64,000 bases of DNA, taken from positions 160 through 64,159 of the forward strand of contig CADECM010000022.1 in assembly GCA_902825845.1 (NCBI GenBank), given 5' to 3'. Positions 9,901 to 18,559 of the stretch are shown in pieces (positions within the stretch are counted from its first letter, which is position 1; every line of letters begins with the position of its first letter). The notes beneath the pieces are model-generated. The model saw only the letters and a program-made list of their open reading frames with translations, had not been told where the DNA came from and searched no databases. The translations under genes were made by a program, and so were the position numbers. The stretch is from an uncultured beta proteobacterium (GTDB taxonomy: Bacteria; Pseudomonadota; Gammaproteobacteria; Burkholderiales; SG8-41).

Positions 9901-10448
9901 AATCGCAAAGCGGCGAAATGCAGGAGGTGGGCTTTAACATGTACGCCGCCATGCTCGATACCGCGGTGCGCGCGCTGAAGCAGGGCAAGGAGCCCGATCT
10001 TGCCGCGCCGCTGGGCGTGACCACCGAAATCAACCTGCATGTGCCCGCGCTGCTGCCCGCCACCTACTGCAGCGATGTGCATGAACGGCTGGTGCTCTAC
10101 AAGCGCCTCGCCAATTGCGAGAACGATGACGAACTGGAACGCCTGACCGAAGAACTGATCGACCGCTTTGGCGAACTGCCGGGCGCAACCCGTGCCTTGC
10201 TTGAGTGCCACCGGCTGCGCCTGGCAGGCAAGCCGCTGGGCATCTCAAAAATCGATGCCAGCGATGCAGCGATACAATTGCACTTCATTCCCAAACCGCC
10301 GATTGATCCGATGAAAATCATCAAGCTCATTCAGACCCGGCGCAATTACAAACTGGCGGGACAGGATCGTTTGCGTATCGAAATTGGCACCGATGACGTC
10401 GCCGCCCGCGTCGGCGTGATCCGCGACGTGTTTCGCGCGCTATCCTGA
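6999..10448 (+). CDS. mfd: transcription-repair coupling factor
   Basis: 1149 aa with helicase motifs GDVGFGKTE, IIDEEHRFG and LTATPIPRT, plus Mfd-like length and architecture. Confidence 0.95.
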   Translation: MPLLAPPRPGERARAGPFHGSSDALAIAELAGSVRPLLAITADATTAQRLQGEIAFFAPALKTCVFPDWETLPYDTFSPHHDLVSERLATLYEMMRGAFDVAIVPVTTALTRLMPVEYLAANTFFFKQGGKLAIDALRHQCTIAGYTHVTQVVAPGEYSIRGGLIDIFPMGSALPYRIDLFDEDIDSIRSFDVDSQRSIYKVNEVRLLPAREFPMNEAAQTLFRQNFRIKFEGDPSKSRVYKDVSKGVPSAGIEYYLPLFFESTARFTDYLPAGTVVCAVHGQAALQAAVDAFWQDTHSRYATLRGDRANPVMPPHDLFLAPDEFFGSIKPFPRLEFVPAVAAPAEATGVVADAPTAVLPALGVERRADNPLHRLHQFLASYSGRVLLLADSPGRRETMQTFLAEYDLRPAAAASYAEFTASAERVMLGVAPLQTGFTLADHSLAIITENELYATQARNRNTREGRKTTAEGMLRDLSEVKTGDPVVHEQHGIGRYLGLHSMDLGDGPGGQLCEFLTLEYARGDKLYVPVSSLHLISRYSGASPEQAPLHSLGGEQWEKAKKKAAEQAHDTAAELLNLYAQRATRKGHAFALKHHDYEAFREGFPFEETPDQAAAIKATLDDLTSGKPMDRLVCGDVGFGKTEVALRAAFVAVADGKQVAVLVPTTLLAEQHFTSFSDRFADWPVKIAELSRFRTAKEQTEALAGLAAGSVDIAIGTHKLVQRGVKFKNLGLVIIDEEHRFGVRHKEQLKALRAEVDVLTLTATPIPRTLALSMEGMRDFSVIATAPQRRLAIKTFVTRYSKAQIREAALRELKRGGQIYFLHNDIDTIRHVEETLTQLLPEARIRVAHGQMRERELELAMRDFHQQRFNILLCTTIIETGIDVPTANTIIINRADRFGLAQLHQLRGRVGRSHHQAYAYLLLPDEGNITTQAKKRLEAIQMMEELGSGFFLAMHDLEIRGAGEVLGESQSGEMQEVGFNMYAAMLDTAVRALKQGKEPDLAAPLGVTTEINLHVPALLPATYCSDVHERLVLYKRLANCENDDELERLTEELIDRFGELPGATRALLECHRLRLAGKPLGISKIDASDAAIQLHFIPKPPIDPMKIIKLIQTRRNYKLAGQDRLRIEIGTDDVAARVGVIRDVFRALS

Positions 10449-10463
10449 GTCACCACAAAAATT

Positions 10464-10493
10464 AAAATACCATTTAAAAACAGATACTTATAG
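10464..10493 (+). repeat. AT-rich boundary motif, copy b
   Basis: AAAATACCATTTAAAAACAGATACTTATAG, 16 nt after the mfd stop. Confidence 0.7.
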
Positions 10494-10555
10494 ATATTCC
10501 GATGGAACCCAAGGCACGCAGACGCCACATCCCGCCGCCAGTGTCAGGATTCGAC

Positions 10556-10912
10556 ATGCTGGCCGAACAACGCATTCGCGAGGCGCAGGAACAGGGCGTG
10601 TTCGACAATCTGCCGGGTGCAGGGGCGCCGCTCAAGCTCGATGACGACGCTATGGTGCCGGAAGAACTGCGCGCCGCATATCGCATTCTCAAGAATTCCG
10701 GCTATGTGCCGCCGGAAGTGGCCGCGCTGCACGATCTGCGCGAAGTGGAGCAGATGCTGGAACACGCCGTCGACGATGAAGAACGCCGTGTGCTCGCCGG
10801 CAAATTCAGCGCGCTGATGGCGCGCGCCGGCGTCCTGCGCGGGCGCCACTTCGCCATCGACAACGACTACTTTCAGAAAGTCGCCGAAAAGCTGGGCAGC
10901 CGCCGGCGCTAG
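10556..10912 (+). CDS. DUF1992 (DnaJ-C28-like) domain protein
   Basis: MLAEQRIREAQEQGVFDNLPGAGAPL N-terminus typical of the family. AGGA lies upstream of ATG 10556. Confidence 0.7.
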   Translation: MLAEQRIREAQEQGVFDNLPGAGAPLKLDDDAMVPEELRAAYRILKNSGYVPPEVAALHDLREVEQMLEHAVDDEERRVLAGKFSALMARAGVLRGRHFAIDNDYFQKVAEKLGSRRR

Positions 10913-10920
10913 CCGCGCGC

Positions 10921-11586
10921 TCAGCCGTTGGCGGCCTTGCGCGGCTGCATAGACTGCAGCATTGCGTCCACCAGCGTTTCCGCCTCCTGCGCGCCGGACA
11001 CACCCACCGCGCGGTTGAAAATGAAAAACGGCACGCCGTTGATGCCCGCGTTGCGCGCCTCAATGTCGGAATTTGCCACCACATCGCGATCGGCATCGCT
11101 CGCCAGGTACGCCTTCGCGGCGGCTTCGTCCAGACCGGCCCGTTGGGCGATCGCGGCCAACGCGTCGATGTCGGTGAGGTTGACGCCTTCAGTGAAGTAG
11201 CCATTGAACAACACTTCCGCGACTTCGTCCTGCCGTCCGTGTTGGTCGGCATAGTGCAGCAGGCGATGGGCGTTCAGCGTGTTGGGCTGCACCGCGATCC
11301 TGTCGAAAGCGAATGGTATTCCCACGGTTTCACCGACCTTGCGCACGCGTTCGTAGGTATTGCCACGCGCGCCGAACTTGCGCGCGATGTATTCCGCGCG
11401 CGGAATGCCCTCGCCGGGCAGATCGGGATTCAACTGAAATGGCAGCCAGCGCACGGCCGGCTTGACATCGGGACGCTGCTCGCTGAGCAGCTTTAACGCG
11501 GCTTCAAGCCGGCGGCTCCCGATGAAGCACCAGGGTCAAACCACGTCGGAAACGATGTCGATCTGCAACTCGAATTGCTGGCTCAT
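10921..11586 (-). CDS. DsbA/FrnE-like thiol:disulfide oxidoreductase with an in-frame TGA at the first active-site position (U-P-W-C); candidate selenoprotein, or otherwise a nonsense pseudogene
   Basis: ATG 11586 has GAGG upstream and lies 12 nt after the acyl-CoA ligase stop. It reads MSQQFELQIDIVSDVV-TGA-PWCFIGSRRLEAALKLL...VRWLPFQLNP in frame with the ORF 10921..11454. The TGA is at 11536..11538. The family normally has VCPWC at this position. Confidence 0.6.
11497..11514 (-). promoter_or_regulatory. candidate SECIS-like hairpin downstream of the DsbA-like TGA
   Basis: mRNA CGC(C)GGC-UUGAA-GCCGCG, 22-39 nt after the UGA. GC-rich stem with one bulge; the loop contains U and G. Confidence 0.3.
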
Positions 11587-11597
11587 GGCGGCCTCGC

Positions 11598-13208
11598 TCA
11601 GGTTGTGAACAGGTTTTGATATTGTTCGCGTAGTGTAGCCTTGAGCATCTTCCCAGTCGAGGTTTTCGGGATCGCCTCAACGAACTTCACGGCGTCGGGC
11701 AGCCAGAATTTGGCAAACATAGGCGCCAGATGCGCGGTCAGTTCGTCAGCGGTGGCGCTGGCGCCGGATTTGAGCACTACCACGGCCACCGGCCGTTCGT
11801 CCCACTTGGGATGCGGCACCGCGATCACCGCCGCCTCCTGTACCGCAGGATGCGCCATCAGAGCGTTTTCAAGGTCGACCGAGCTGATCCACTCACCGCC
11901 TGATTTCACCAGATCTTTCACGCGGTCAGTGATTTTCATGTAGCCGTGCGCATCCATGATCGCGATATCCCCAGTGCGAAACCAGCCGTCGTCGGTCCAC
12001 TTGTCCTTTTCCGACGGCAGTTCGTGATAGCCCGCGGCCACCCACGGCCCGCGGATTTGCAACTCGCCCATCGACTTGCCGTCCCACGGCGCCTCGCCCG
12101 CTTCCGCCATGGTGCGCAATTCGACAAACGGCAGCGGCATGCCCTGTCTGGAACGCACGGCGTATTCGTCATCGGGCGTCGAAGACGCCACGTCACGCTT
12201 GATGAAGCCCACGGTACCCAGCGGTGAAGTCTCGGTCATGCCCCAGCCGTGAATCACCCGCATGCCGAATTTGTCGAGCGCGCGGATCATCGATTCCGGC
12301 GCCGCGGCGCCACCACACACCATGCGCAATCCCGGTTGCAGCTGCCAGCGCGAGGCTTCCTTTTCCAGCGCCTGCAGGATGCCCATCCAGATCGTCGGCA
12401 CACCGGCCGACATGGTGACCTGCTCCGACGCATATAAATCGAGCAGGTTGGCCGCGTCCAGGTGCGGTCCGGGAAAGACCAGTTTGGCGCCCACCATCAC
12501 CGCCGAGTACGGCAGCCCCCAGGCATTTACATGAAACATGGGCACCACCGGACACAGCGTGTCGCGATTGCTGAGCGCGAGGCAATCGGTGGTGGCCGTC
12601 ACCATCGAGTGCAGCACCGACGAACGATGACTGTAAACCACGCCCTTGGGCTTGCCAGTGGTGCCCGAGGTGTAGCACATCCCGGCTGCGTCGTTTTCAT
12701 CGAGCTGCGGGGGAGCGAATGCCGGCGCGTCCGACAGCAGTTTTTCGTAGTCGTCAAAACCTGCCGGTACCGGCTGTCCGGTCAACGGCACCACGATCAC
12801 GCGCTCGAAATGGGTCTGCGATCTGAATTTCTCGTAGAGCGGCAGCAGCACGTCGTCGACGATCAGGAAACGGTCCTGCGCGTGGTTGGCGATATAGGCG
12901 ATGTCATCGGGATGCAACCGCAAGTTCAGGGTATGCAGCACGCCGCCGGCACAGGGCGCGGCAAAATAGGTTTCCAGATGCGCGTAATGATTCCACATCA
13001 GGGTTGCCACGCGCTCGCCCTTTTGCAACCCCAATTTTTGCATCGCGCCGCCGAGCGCGCAGGTGCGGCGGTGAAATTCGCGATAGGTCTGGCGATGCAG
13101 CGATTTATCCGGCAGGCGCGTGACAATTTCCGATGCCGCAAACAGCTGCCCCGCGCGCCGTAACAAATGCGTCAGCGTCAGCGGAAAATTCATCATCGTG
13201 CTGTGCAT
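11598..13208 (-). CDS. AMP-dependent acyl-CoA synthetase (long-chain fatty acid-CoA ligase-like)
   Basis: 536 aa with AMP-binding signature YTSGTTGKPKGV and a later GWFRTGD motif. Confidence 0.9.
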   Translation of the reverse strand: MHSTMMNFPLTLTHLLRRAGQLFAASEIVTRLPDKSLHRQTYREFHRRTCALGGAMQKLGLQKGERVATLMWNHYAHLETYFAAPCAGGVLHTLNLRLHPDDIAYIANHAQDRFLIVDDVLLPLYEKFRSQTHFERVIVVPLTGQPVPAGFDDYEKLLSDAPAFAPPQLDENDAAGMCYTSGTTGKPKGVVYSHRSSVLHSMVTATTDCLALSNRDTLCPVVPMFHVNAWGLPYSAVMVGAKLVFPGPHLDAANLLDLYASEQVTMSAGVPTIWMGILQALEKEASRWQLQPGLRMVCGGAAAPESMIRALDKFGMRVIHGWGMTETSPLGTVGFIKRDVASSTPDDEYAVRSRQGMPLPFVELRTMAEAGEAPWDGKSMGELQIRGPWVAAGYHELPSEKDKWTDDGWFRTGDIAIMDAHGYMKITDRVKDLVKSGGEWISSVDLENALMAHPAVQEAAVIAVPHPKWDERPVAVVVLKSGASATADELTAHLAPMFAKFWLPDAVKFVEAIPKTSTGKMLKATLREQYQNLFTT

Positions 13209-13220
13209 GGCTCTTCCCCC

Positions 13221-13410
13221 CCTAGTGTCCTGAGTCAGAAATTCGTAGCTGAATTCTTTTGCCCGTTTGCCGATACTTTGTCGCGCTCCTCACCGGGTGC
13301 CCAACCCTGTCTCGTCGCGCTTCGCGTCTCGTCAAACAGGCAAAAGAATTCGGAGAGTCCATCTTTCTGCCCTAATAGTGTTCTACGAATTTCTGACTCA
13401 GGACACTAGG
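13221..13410. repeat. MITE-like / nested-palindrome intergenic element
   Basis: Perfect 28-bp terminal inverted repeats: CCTAGTGTCCTGAGTCAGAAATTCGTAG at 13221..13248 and its exact reverse complement at 13383..13410. An inner 19-bp inverted repeat lies at 13251..13269 and 13333..13351 with 1 mismatch. No ORF is inside. Confidence 0.6.
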
Positions 13411-13421
13411 ATGATCCGGGA

Positions 13422-15101
13422 TCAAGCGTCCCGCGCCAAAAGCGATGCGTCCTCGCTGCGCATGGGCGTCAGCCGGTTGACCCCGTGCGCTGCAAAGCGC
13501 CGCGCTGCTGCCACCGCGCGTGCATCCTGCTCGTGTTCCAGCGTCCATTGCGCGTGGCGCAGCAACAGCGCCAGTTCCATCGCCCGCCCCAGCGTCATCG
13601 CGAAGCGGCGCGCACCCGCTTCGACGGCTTCGGTGCTGTTTCGTGCGGCATCGGCCAGCCATTCCGCCGCCTGCTCCAGCACCCGTTCGACCTGTGCGGA
13701 ATAGCGCAGCAGCGCGGGTTCGCGCACGCCTTGCTGCAGAAAGCTCACTTCGCGCTGCAGCAGCGGCAGCCCGGCGGTGTCGTGCAGCGCGCGCAACAGG
13801 TCCAGCGCCAACACATTGGTAGTGCCTTCCCAGATCGGCAACACCTGCGCGTCGCGCAATAGCTGCGGCAAGCCGGTGTCTTCGACGTAGCCGGCGCCGC
13901 CAAAGCATTCCACCGCCTCCGACAGCACGGCGACCGCCTGTTTGGCGGTCACCAGCTTTGCCACGGGCGTCAACACGCGCAGCAATTCGAGCTGCTCAGC
14001 GCTCGCATTGCCTGCCTCATCGCGGCCCAGCAGTTCCGCCACGAAAAAAGCGAGATGAAAGGCGCCCTCGTATTCCGCCTGCATCCCGGCCAGCGTGTCG
14101 GCGTGCAGCGGCTTGTCGATCAGCTTCGCGCCGAATGCCATGCGCCTGCCCGCGTAGTCGCGCGCGAGCGCGATGCCGCGCCGCATCAGTGCCACCGCGT
14201 TGATCGCATTCCACACGCGCGTGACGTTGAGCATGGGCGCAATATGGCGCACGCCGTCGCTGGTGCCATACACCAATTGCGCCGGTGTGCCATCCAGTTC
14301 CAGCTCCGCCGTGGGCACCTTGCGGGTGCCCAGTTTGTCTTTAAGGCGATTGACGACAATGCGGTTGGGCATTCCGCCCGCATCGCGCGTTTCCACGTAA
14401 AACAGCGCCAGTCCCGCGCCGCCCGGCGCATTGCCCACGGGACGTGCCAGCGTCAGCGCCATGGGCGAGGCAATGGCCGAGGTAAACCACTTGCGCCCAT
14501 ACAGGCGCCAGGCGCCGGTTTCGTTGCGTGCCACGGTTTCAGACAGGCCCACGTCGGAACCGCCGCTGGCCTCGGTCATCCACTGGCCGCTGCTCCAGAA
14601 CGCGCTCGGATCGCGGCTCAGCAGATGCGGCACCGCGTGTTCGATCAAGGCCTTGTTCCCCGACACGCTCAAGGATTTCGCCGCCCCATCCGTCATCGCC
14701 AGCGGACAGGTGTAGATATCCGACGACGGCGCGAACAAGTACACCAGCGCAAACTGGTGCACGCGTGAAAACTCGCCGTGGCGCCTTTCGTGGGCAATGG
14801 CCACCAGCCCCTGTTGCGCGGCAATGCGTTCGGCCTCGCGCCACAACGGCGACACCTCGATACGGTCGATGCGATTGCCCCACGCATCCCACGGCACATG
14901 CCGTGGTTCACTGGCGCGGTCGGCGAGCTGCAGACGATAGAGTTCTCCGCCGGCAAGTTCGCCCATGCGCTGCAATGCCGGCTCGATGTCCATCAGCATG
15001 TCCGGCGGCAGCGTGCGTGACAAATAGCTACGCAACACACGATCAGCCGCATACTGATTGCTTAGTTGCGGCGGCACCTGCACGAAAGGTGCGTTAGGCA
15101 T
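13422..15101 (-). CDS. acyl-CoA dehydrogenase family protein (AidB-like)
   Basis: 559 aa with an acyl-CoA dehydrogenase middle and C-terminal domains (LPIWEGTTNVLALD). The length is typical of the AidB subgroup. Confidence 0.85.
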   Translation of the reverse strand: MPNAPFVQVPPQLSNQYAADRVLRSYLSRTLPPDMLMDIEPALQRMGELAGGELYRLQLADRASEPRHVPWDAWGNRIDRIEVSPLWREAERIAAQQGLVAIAHERRHGEFSRVHQFALVYLFAPSSDIYTCPLAMTDGAAKSLSVSGNKALIEHAVPHLLSRDPSAFWSSGQWMTEASGGSDVGLSETVARNETGAWRLYGRKWFTSAIASPMALTLARPVGNAPGGAGLALFYVETRDAGGMPNRIVVNRLKDKLGTRKVPTAELELDGTPAQLVYGTSDGVRHIAPMLNVTRVWNAINAVALMRRGIALARDYAGRRMAFGAKLIDKPLHADTLAGMQAEYEGAFHLAFFVAELLGRDEAGNASAEQLELLRVLTPVAKLVTAKQAVAVLSEAVECFGGAGYVEDTGLPQLLRDAQVLPIWEGTTNVLALDLLRALHDTAGLPLLQREVSFLQQGVREPALLRYSAQVERVLEQAAEWLADAARNSTEAVEAGARRFAMTLGRAMELALLLRHAQWTLEHEQDARAVAAARRFAAHGVNRLTPMRSEDASLLARDA

Positions 15102-15195
15102 GGCGGTTGCGTCTACAGAGTGCTTTGCTGCCCATTATCGACCAATGCCCGCTCGGGGCGCCACACGGCATTGCAATCCCCTGCAGCAGATAATT

Positions 15196-15222
15196 CTTAA
15201 GTATTTGTTTTTATTGTATTTT
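15196..15222 (-). repeat. AT-rich boundary motif, copy c
   Basis: The minus strand reads AAAATACAATAAAAACAAATACTTAAG. It overlaps the PrpD-like stop codon and lies ~95 nt upstream of the acyl-CoA dehydrogenase start. Confidence 0.7.
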
Positions 15223-16597
15223 ATTTACGAAGCGCCGTAACGGATACCGCACCGTCGAAGAACCCCGGTACCGATTTCAGAAATGCACTCAGTTGCGCCT
15301 CGTCCCATCCGCCAAACAGCGCATTGCGGCGGAACTTGTCCTCGATCTCGGCGCGCGTGAGCGGCTCCTGCGCGCCACCACGAATATGATTTTGCCGTTC
15401 CTCCACCACGCTGCCGTCTTTCAACGTCATGCGCACGTGGCCGGTGTAGGCCTTGGGATACGGATTGTTGGGGTCCACGACATAGCGCACCTTGGACGAC
15501 AGCGCAAGAATGCGCTCATCGCGCACGGTGTCCTCGGTAAATGCCGCAAGCCCCGCGCCGCCGGTCACAAACGCCACCGCGATATTGAACGGCGCGCTGA
15601 ACTTGGCCGCATAGTCGTTGGCCGGACGATGCTTGGACGGCAGCGGATCCCACAGCCGATGCACATAACCTTCGGCGGTTTCGCACAGGATGTCGGTCAC
15701 GTCTTCCGGCTTGATACCCTTTCTCGCAAGACGCAACGCGCAATCGACATAGGGCTGGTTCATGGTGCCGGTGGCATAGGGCTTGAAGGTAATGACATCG
15801 GTGTACCACTGTTTGCCGAAACCCTCGGTGAGCACGCCGTAATCGCCTTCCGCATTGCGCGCAAACGCATAGTAAAACCCATGCGTGCCCTCGAACACGG
15901 TGCGCGGCCCGAGAAACCCCTGCTGCCCGAAGCGCGCAGCCTGGATGCCGATCTTCGCCGCCCACCCCGCATGCAGGCGCTTGGTCCAAGCGCCCTCGGC
16001 CAGGTACTCGATGATGCCACCCGCCATGCTGCCAGCGATGCCCAGCGCATCCACGGTCTGCCTGCGATTCAGGCCCATGGTGACGCTCACTGCGAGCGTA
16101 GCCGCCATCGCGCCGAGAACGCCAGTCGGATGGAAGCCCGACTTGTGTATCGCCTTGGGGATCACCATCGACAGCCGGCACAGGGTTTCAATCCCCGCCA
16201 CCATGCCCTTGAACGCCGCCGTGCCATCGCAGCCAAAGCGCTCACACGCTGCCAGCACTGCGGGCATGATCACCGCGCTCGAGTGCACCGGACCACCCTC
16301 GAAGGTATCGTCAAAGTCTTCGCCGTGCGCCGCGCAACCGTTGATCATGGCCGCGGTTTCCGCTGCATAGGTCGCGCGATGTCCGATGGCGGTTGCCGCA
16401 CCGCCGCTGTCGACGCCCGCGACAACCGCCTTGATGTAGTCGGTATTGCGCGCCGCAACGCACAGGCCCACCACGTCGATCAGCAGTTCTTCGATGCGCG
16501 TGCGCACCGCCGCGGGAACGGCACTGACCTCCAGCGCCAGCGCCTGATCGGCGATGCGCTCTGCAACAGCCATCGTTTCATTCCGGGTCACAGTCAT
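15221..16597 (-). CDS. MmgE/PrpD family protein
   Basis: 458 aa from ATG 16597, 10 nt after the upstream stop. PrpD-like N-terminal regulatory and helical domain sequence. The 589-aa ORF extension overlaps the upstream gene and was rejected. Confidence 0.85.
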   Translation of the reverse strand: MTVTRNETMAVAERIADQALALEVSAVPAAVRTRIEELLIDVVGLCVAARNTDYIKAVVAGVDSGGAATAIGHRATYAAETAAMINGCAAHGEDFDDTFEGGPVHSSAVIMPAVLAACERFGCDGTAAFKGMVAGIETLCRLSMVIPKAIHKSGFHPTGVLGAMAATLAVSVTMGLNRRQTVDALGIAGSMAGGIIEYLAEGAWTKRLHAGWAAKIGIQAARFGQQGFLGPRTVFEGTHGFYYAFARNAEGDYGVLTEGFGKQWYTDVITFKPYATGTMNQPYVDCALRLARKGIKPEDVTDILCETAEGYVHRLWDPLPSKHRPANDYAAKFSAPFNIAVAFVTGGAGLAAFTEDTVRDERILALSSKVRYVVDPNNPYPKAYTGHVRMTLKDGSVVEERQNHIRGGAQEPLTRAEIEDKFRRNALFGGWDEAQLSAFLKSVPGFFDGAVSVTALRK

Positions 16598-16607
16598 GGC
16601 CTTACGG

Positions 16608-18380
16608 TTACCAGCCCAGCACGTAGGCCGGACGCCGCAAATCGGCGCCACCGTGCATGACACCGTTTTTGTGGTCATTGACAATGGTGCACACCGCGCC
16701 CGCGAGCCAGGTGAAATCCGGCCATTCGCGCACGTCGTGTCCGCGCGCCGCGAGATTGTCGTTAACCGACTTGTCGATGCGTGATTCAAGATACAGCCGA
16801 TCCGGAAAATACGCATGCGGTTCGAACGATCCCGGGTAACTGTAGGTCGAAAAGCGCGGCGCCTCGATCGCATCCTGCGCCGACATGCCGAACACGTTGA
16901 CGTTAAGGAACACCTGCAGCATCGCCTGCGTCGGCACATCGCCGCCCGGTGTGCCGAACGGCATGTACGCCTTGCCGTTCTTGAACGCAAGCGCGGGGTT
17001 GGGCGTCAGTCGCGGCCGTTTGCCCGGCGCCACCGAGGACGGATGCGAGGGATCGCTCCACGACTGCGTGCCGCGGCCCGAACACAGAATGCCCACACCG
17101 GGAACGATCGGCGTCTGATCCGAACCGTCGCTCGGCGTGCACGACATGGCATTGCCGTCCTTGTCGATCACGCAAAGGTACGAGGTATCGCCCGGACCCG
17201 GTTCGCCCGCGCCCTGTGCGGGCGACATGGCGCGGTTGTCAATTTCGGTCATGGTTTTCGGATCGCCGCCGCGCGGCATGCCGGCACAGGCGGCATCCAT
17301 GCGAATGCGCGTGCGCTGCCACGCCGCGTATTTTTCCGACATCAGGCCGGCCATCGGCACTTTGACAAACCGCGGATCGCCGAAATGATTGTGGCGGTCG
17401 GAGAACGAGAGTTTCAGCGCTTCGGTCAGCAGATGGATGTAATCGGGCGTGTTGTGTCCCAGCGCACGCAGATCGTAGCCTTTGAGAATATTCAGCGCCA
17501 TCGGCAGCGCTGGCCCCTGCGACCACGGGCCGCAGGCATGCAGTTCGATGCCTTCGAAGCGCGTTTTCACCGTGGGCTCGTGGCGCACGCCAAATTCGGC
17601 GAAATCCGCGAAGCGCATGAGGCCGCCCTGCTTTTCGATCCAGCGCGCCACCTCGCGCGCCACGTCGCCTTTGTAGAACGCATCGCGCGCAGCCTTGAGG
17701 CCGGCCTTGCGGCCCTTCTTGCGCGCCACCTTGCGTTCTTCGTCCGCCAGAAACTGCAGCGTGCGGCCCAGTTCGGATTGCACAAACACTTCGCCCACCT
17801 GCGGCACCCGGCCCCTCGGCAAAAATACCCGCGAGCTCGACGGCCAGCGTTCGTAGTCCTTGCGGTGGTTCGTAATGAATTGCGACAGCAGCCCGTAGAC
17901 CGGGAAGCCCTTGCTCGCAAAGCGGATCGCCGCGGAGGCCACCTCGCCAAAACTCATGGTGCCGTAATTCGCCAGCGCGGTGATCCACGCGTCGGGGGCA
18001 GCCGGTACCACGCAGCGTTCGACACCCGGTGGAATCTTGCCGCCGTGCCGCTTTTGGAAGTAGTCCGGTGTGATCAATTTCGGCCACACGCCGAGGCCAT
18101 CGATGCAGTGCACTTTTTTGTCCCTGGCGGTGTGAATGATCATCGGCGCGACGCCGCCGAAATTGACTTTGTCCGTCTGCACCACGCCGATGGTGATCCC
18201 CGCCGCCACGCCGGCGTCGATGGCGTTGCCGCCGGCCTCCAGAATTTCAAACGCGGCGTGGGCCGCCAGATAATGTCCGGCCGCGACGACATGGCGCGTG
18301 CCCATGATGGTGAGGCGCGGCGAGGATTGGGTCTGCTTGACTGCGGGTAACGCATTGGGTGGCAAATCGCGTGGATTCAT
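16608..18380 (-). CDS. gamma-glutamyltransferase family protein (paralog 1)
   Basis: 590 aa from ATG 18380. HVVAAGHYLAAHAAFEILEAGGNAIDAGVA N-terminus and an autoprocessing-type Thr context, GPGDTSYL. Confidence 0.85.
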   Translation of the reverse strand: MNPRDLPPNALPAVKQTQSSPRLTIMGTRHVVAAGHYLAAHAAFEILEAGGNAIDAGVAAGITIGVVQTDKVNFGGVAPMIIHTARDKKVHCIDGLGVWPKLITPDYFQKRHGGKIPPGVERCVVPAAPDAWITALANYGTMSFGEVASAAIRFASKGFPVYGLLSQFITNHRKDYERWPSSSRVFLPRGRVPQVGEVFVQSELGRTLQFLADEERKVARKKGRKAGLKAARDAFYKGDVAREVARWIEKQGGLMRFADFAEFGVRHEPTVKTRFEGIELHACGPWSQGPALPMALNILKGYDLRALGHNTPDYIHLLTEALKLSFSDRHNHFGDPRFVKVPMAGLMSEKYAAWQRTRIRMDAACAGMPRGGDPKTMTEIDNRAMSPAQGAGEPGPGDTSYLCVIDKDGNAMSCTPSDGSDQTPIVPGVGILCSGRGTQSWSDPSHPSSVAPGKRPRLTPNPALAFKNGKAYMPFGTPGGDVPTQAMLQVFLNVNVFGMSAQDAIEAPRFSTYSYPGSFEPHAYFPDRLYLESRIDKSVNDNLAARGHDVREWPDFTWLAGAVCTIVNDHKNGVMHGGADLRRPAYVLGW

Positions 18381-18559
18381 GGCGGCTCTCCAGACATTGC
18401 AAAATTTTTGCGGGGCTCCGGGATTCCCGCCCCCTTTCGATTTTAGTCTCAATTGCGCTTGCGCGGCAGGCACCCAACGCCTGCTGCGATCCCTGAATCG
18501 ACGCCCAGACGCCAGCCCCTGTAAAATCCGCGTTTCCTGCAGAAAAAGCGAGAACCGCC

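Noticed and set aside
10921-11454. Treating the 177-aa ORF as a complete stand-alone DsbA-like gene starting at GTG 11454.
   Set aside because: That version would lack the entire CxxC active-site region. The upstream in-frame sequence encodes exactly that region apart from the TGA, and it has its own ATG and Shine-Dalgarno sequence.
16598-16990. N-terminal extensions of tracked ORFs, for example the PrpD-like gene to 16990, GGT1 to 18596, tssJ to 35967, tagH to 37612 and ccoN to 63167.
   Set aside because: The extensions overlap the upstream gene or consist of Arg/Cys-rich non-protein-like sequence. Internal ATGs preceded by Shine-Dalgarno-like sequences give family-typical N-termini.
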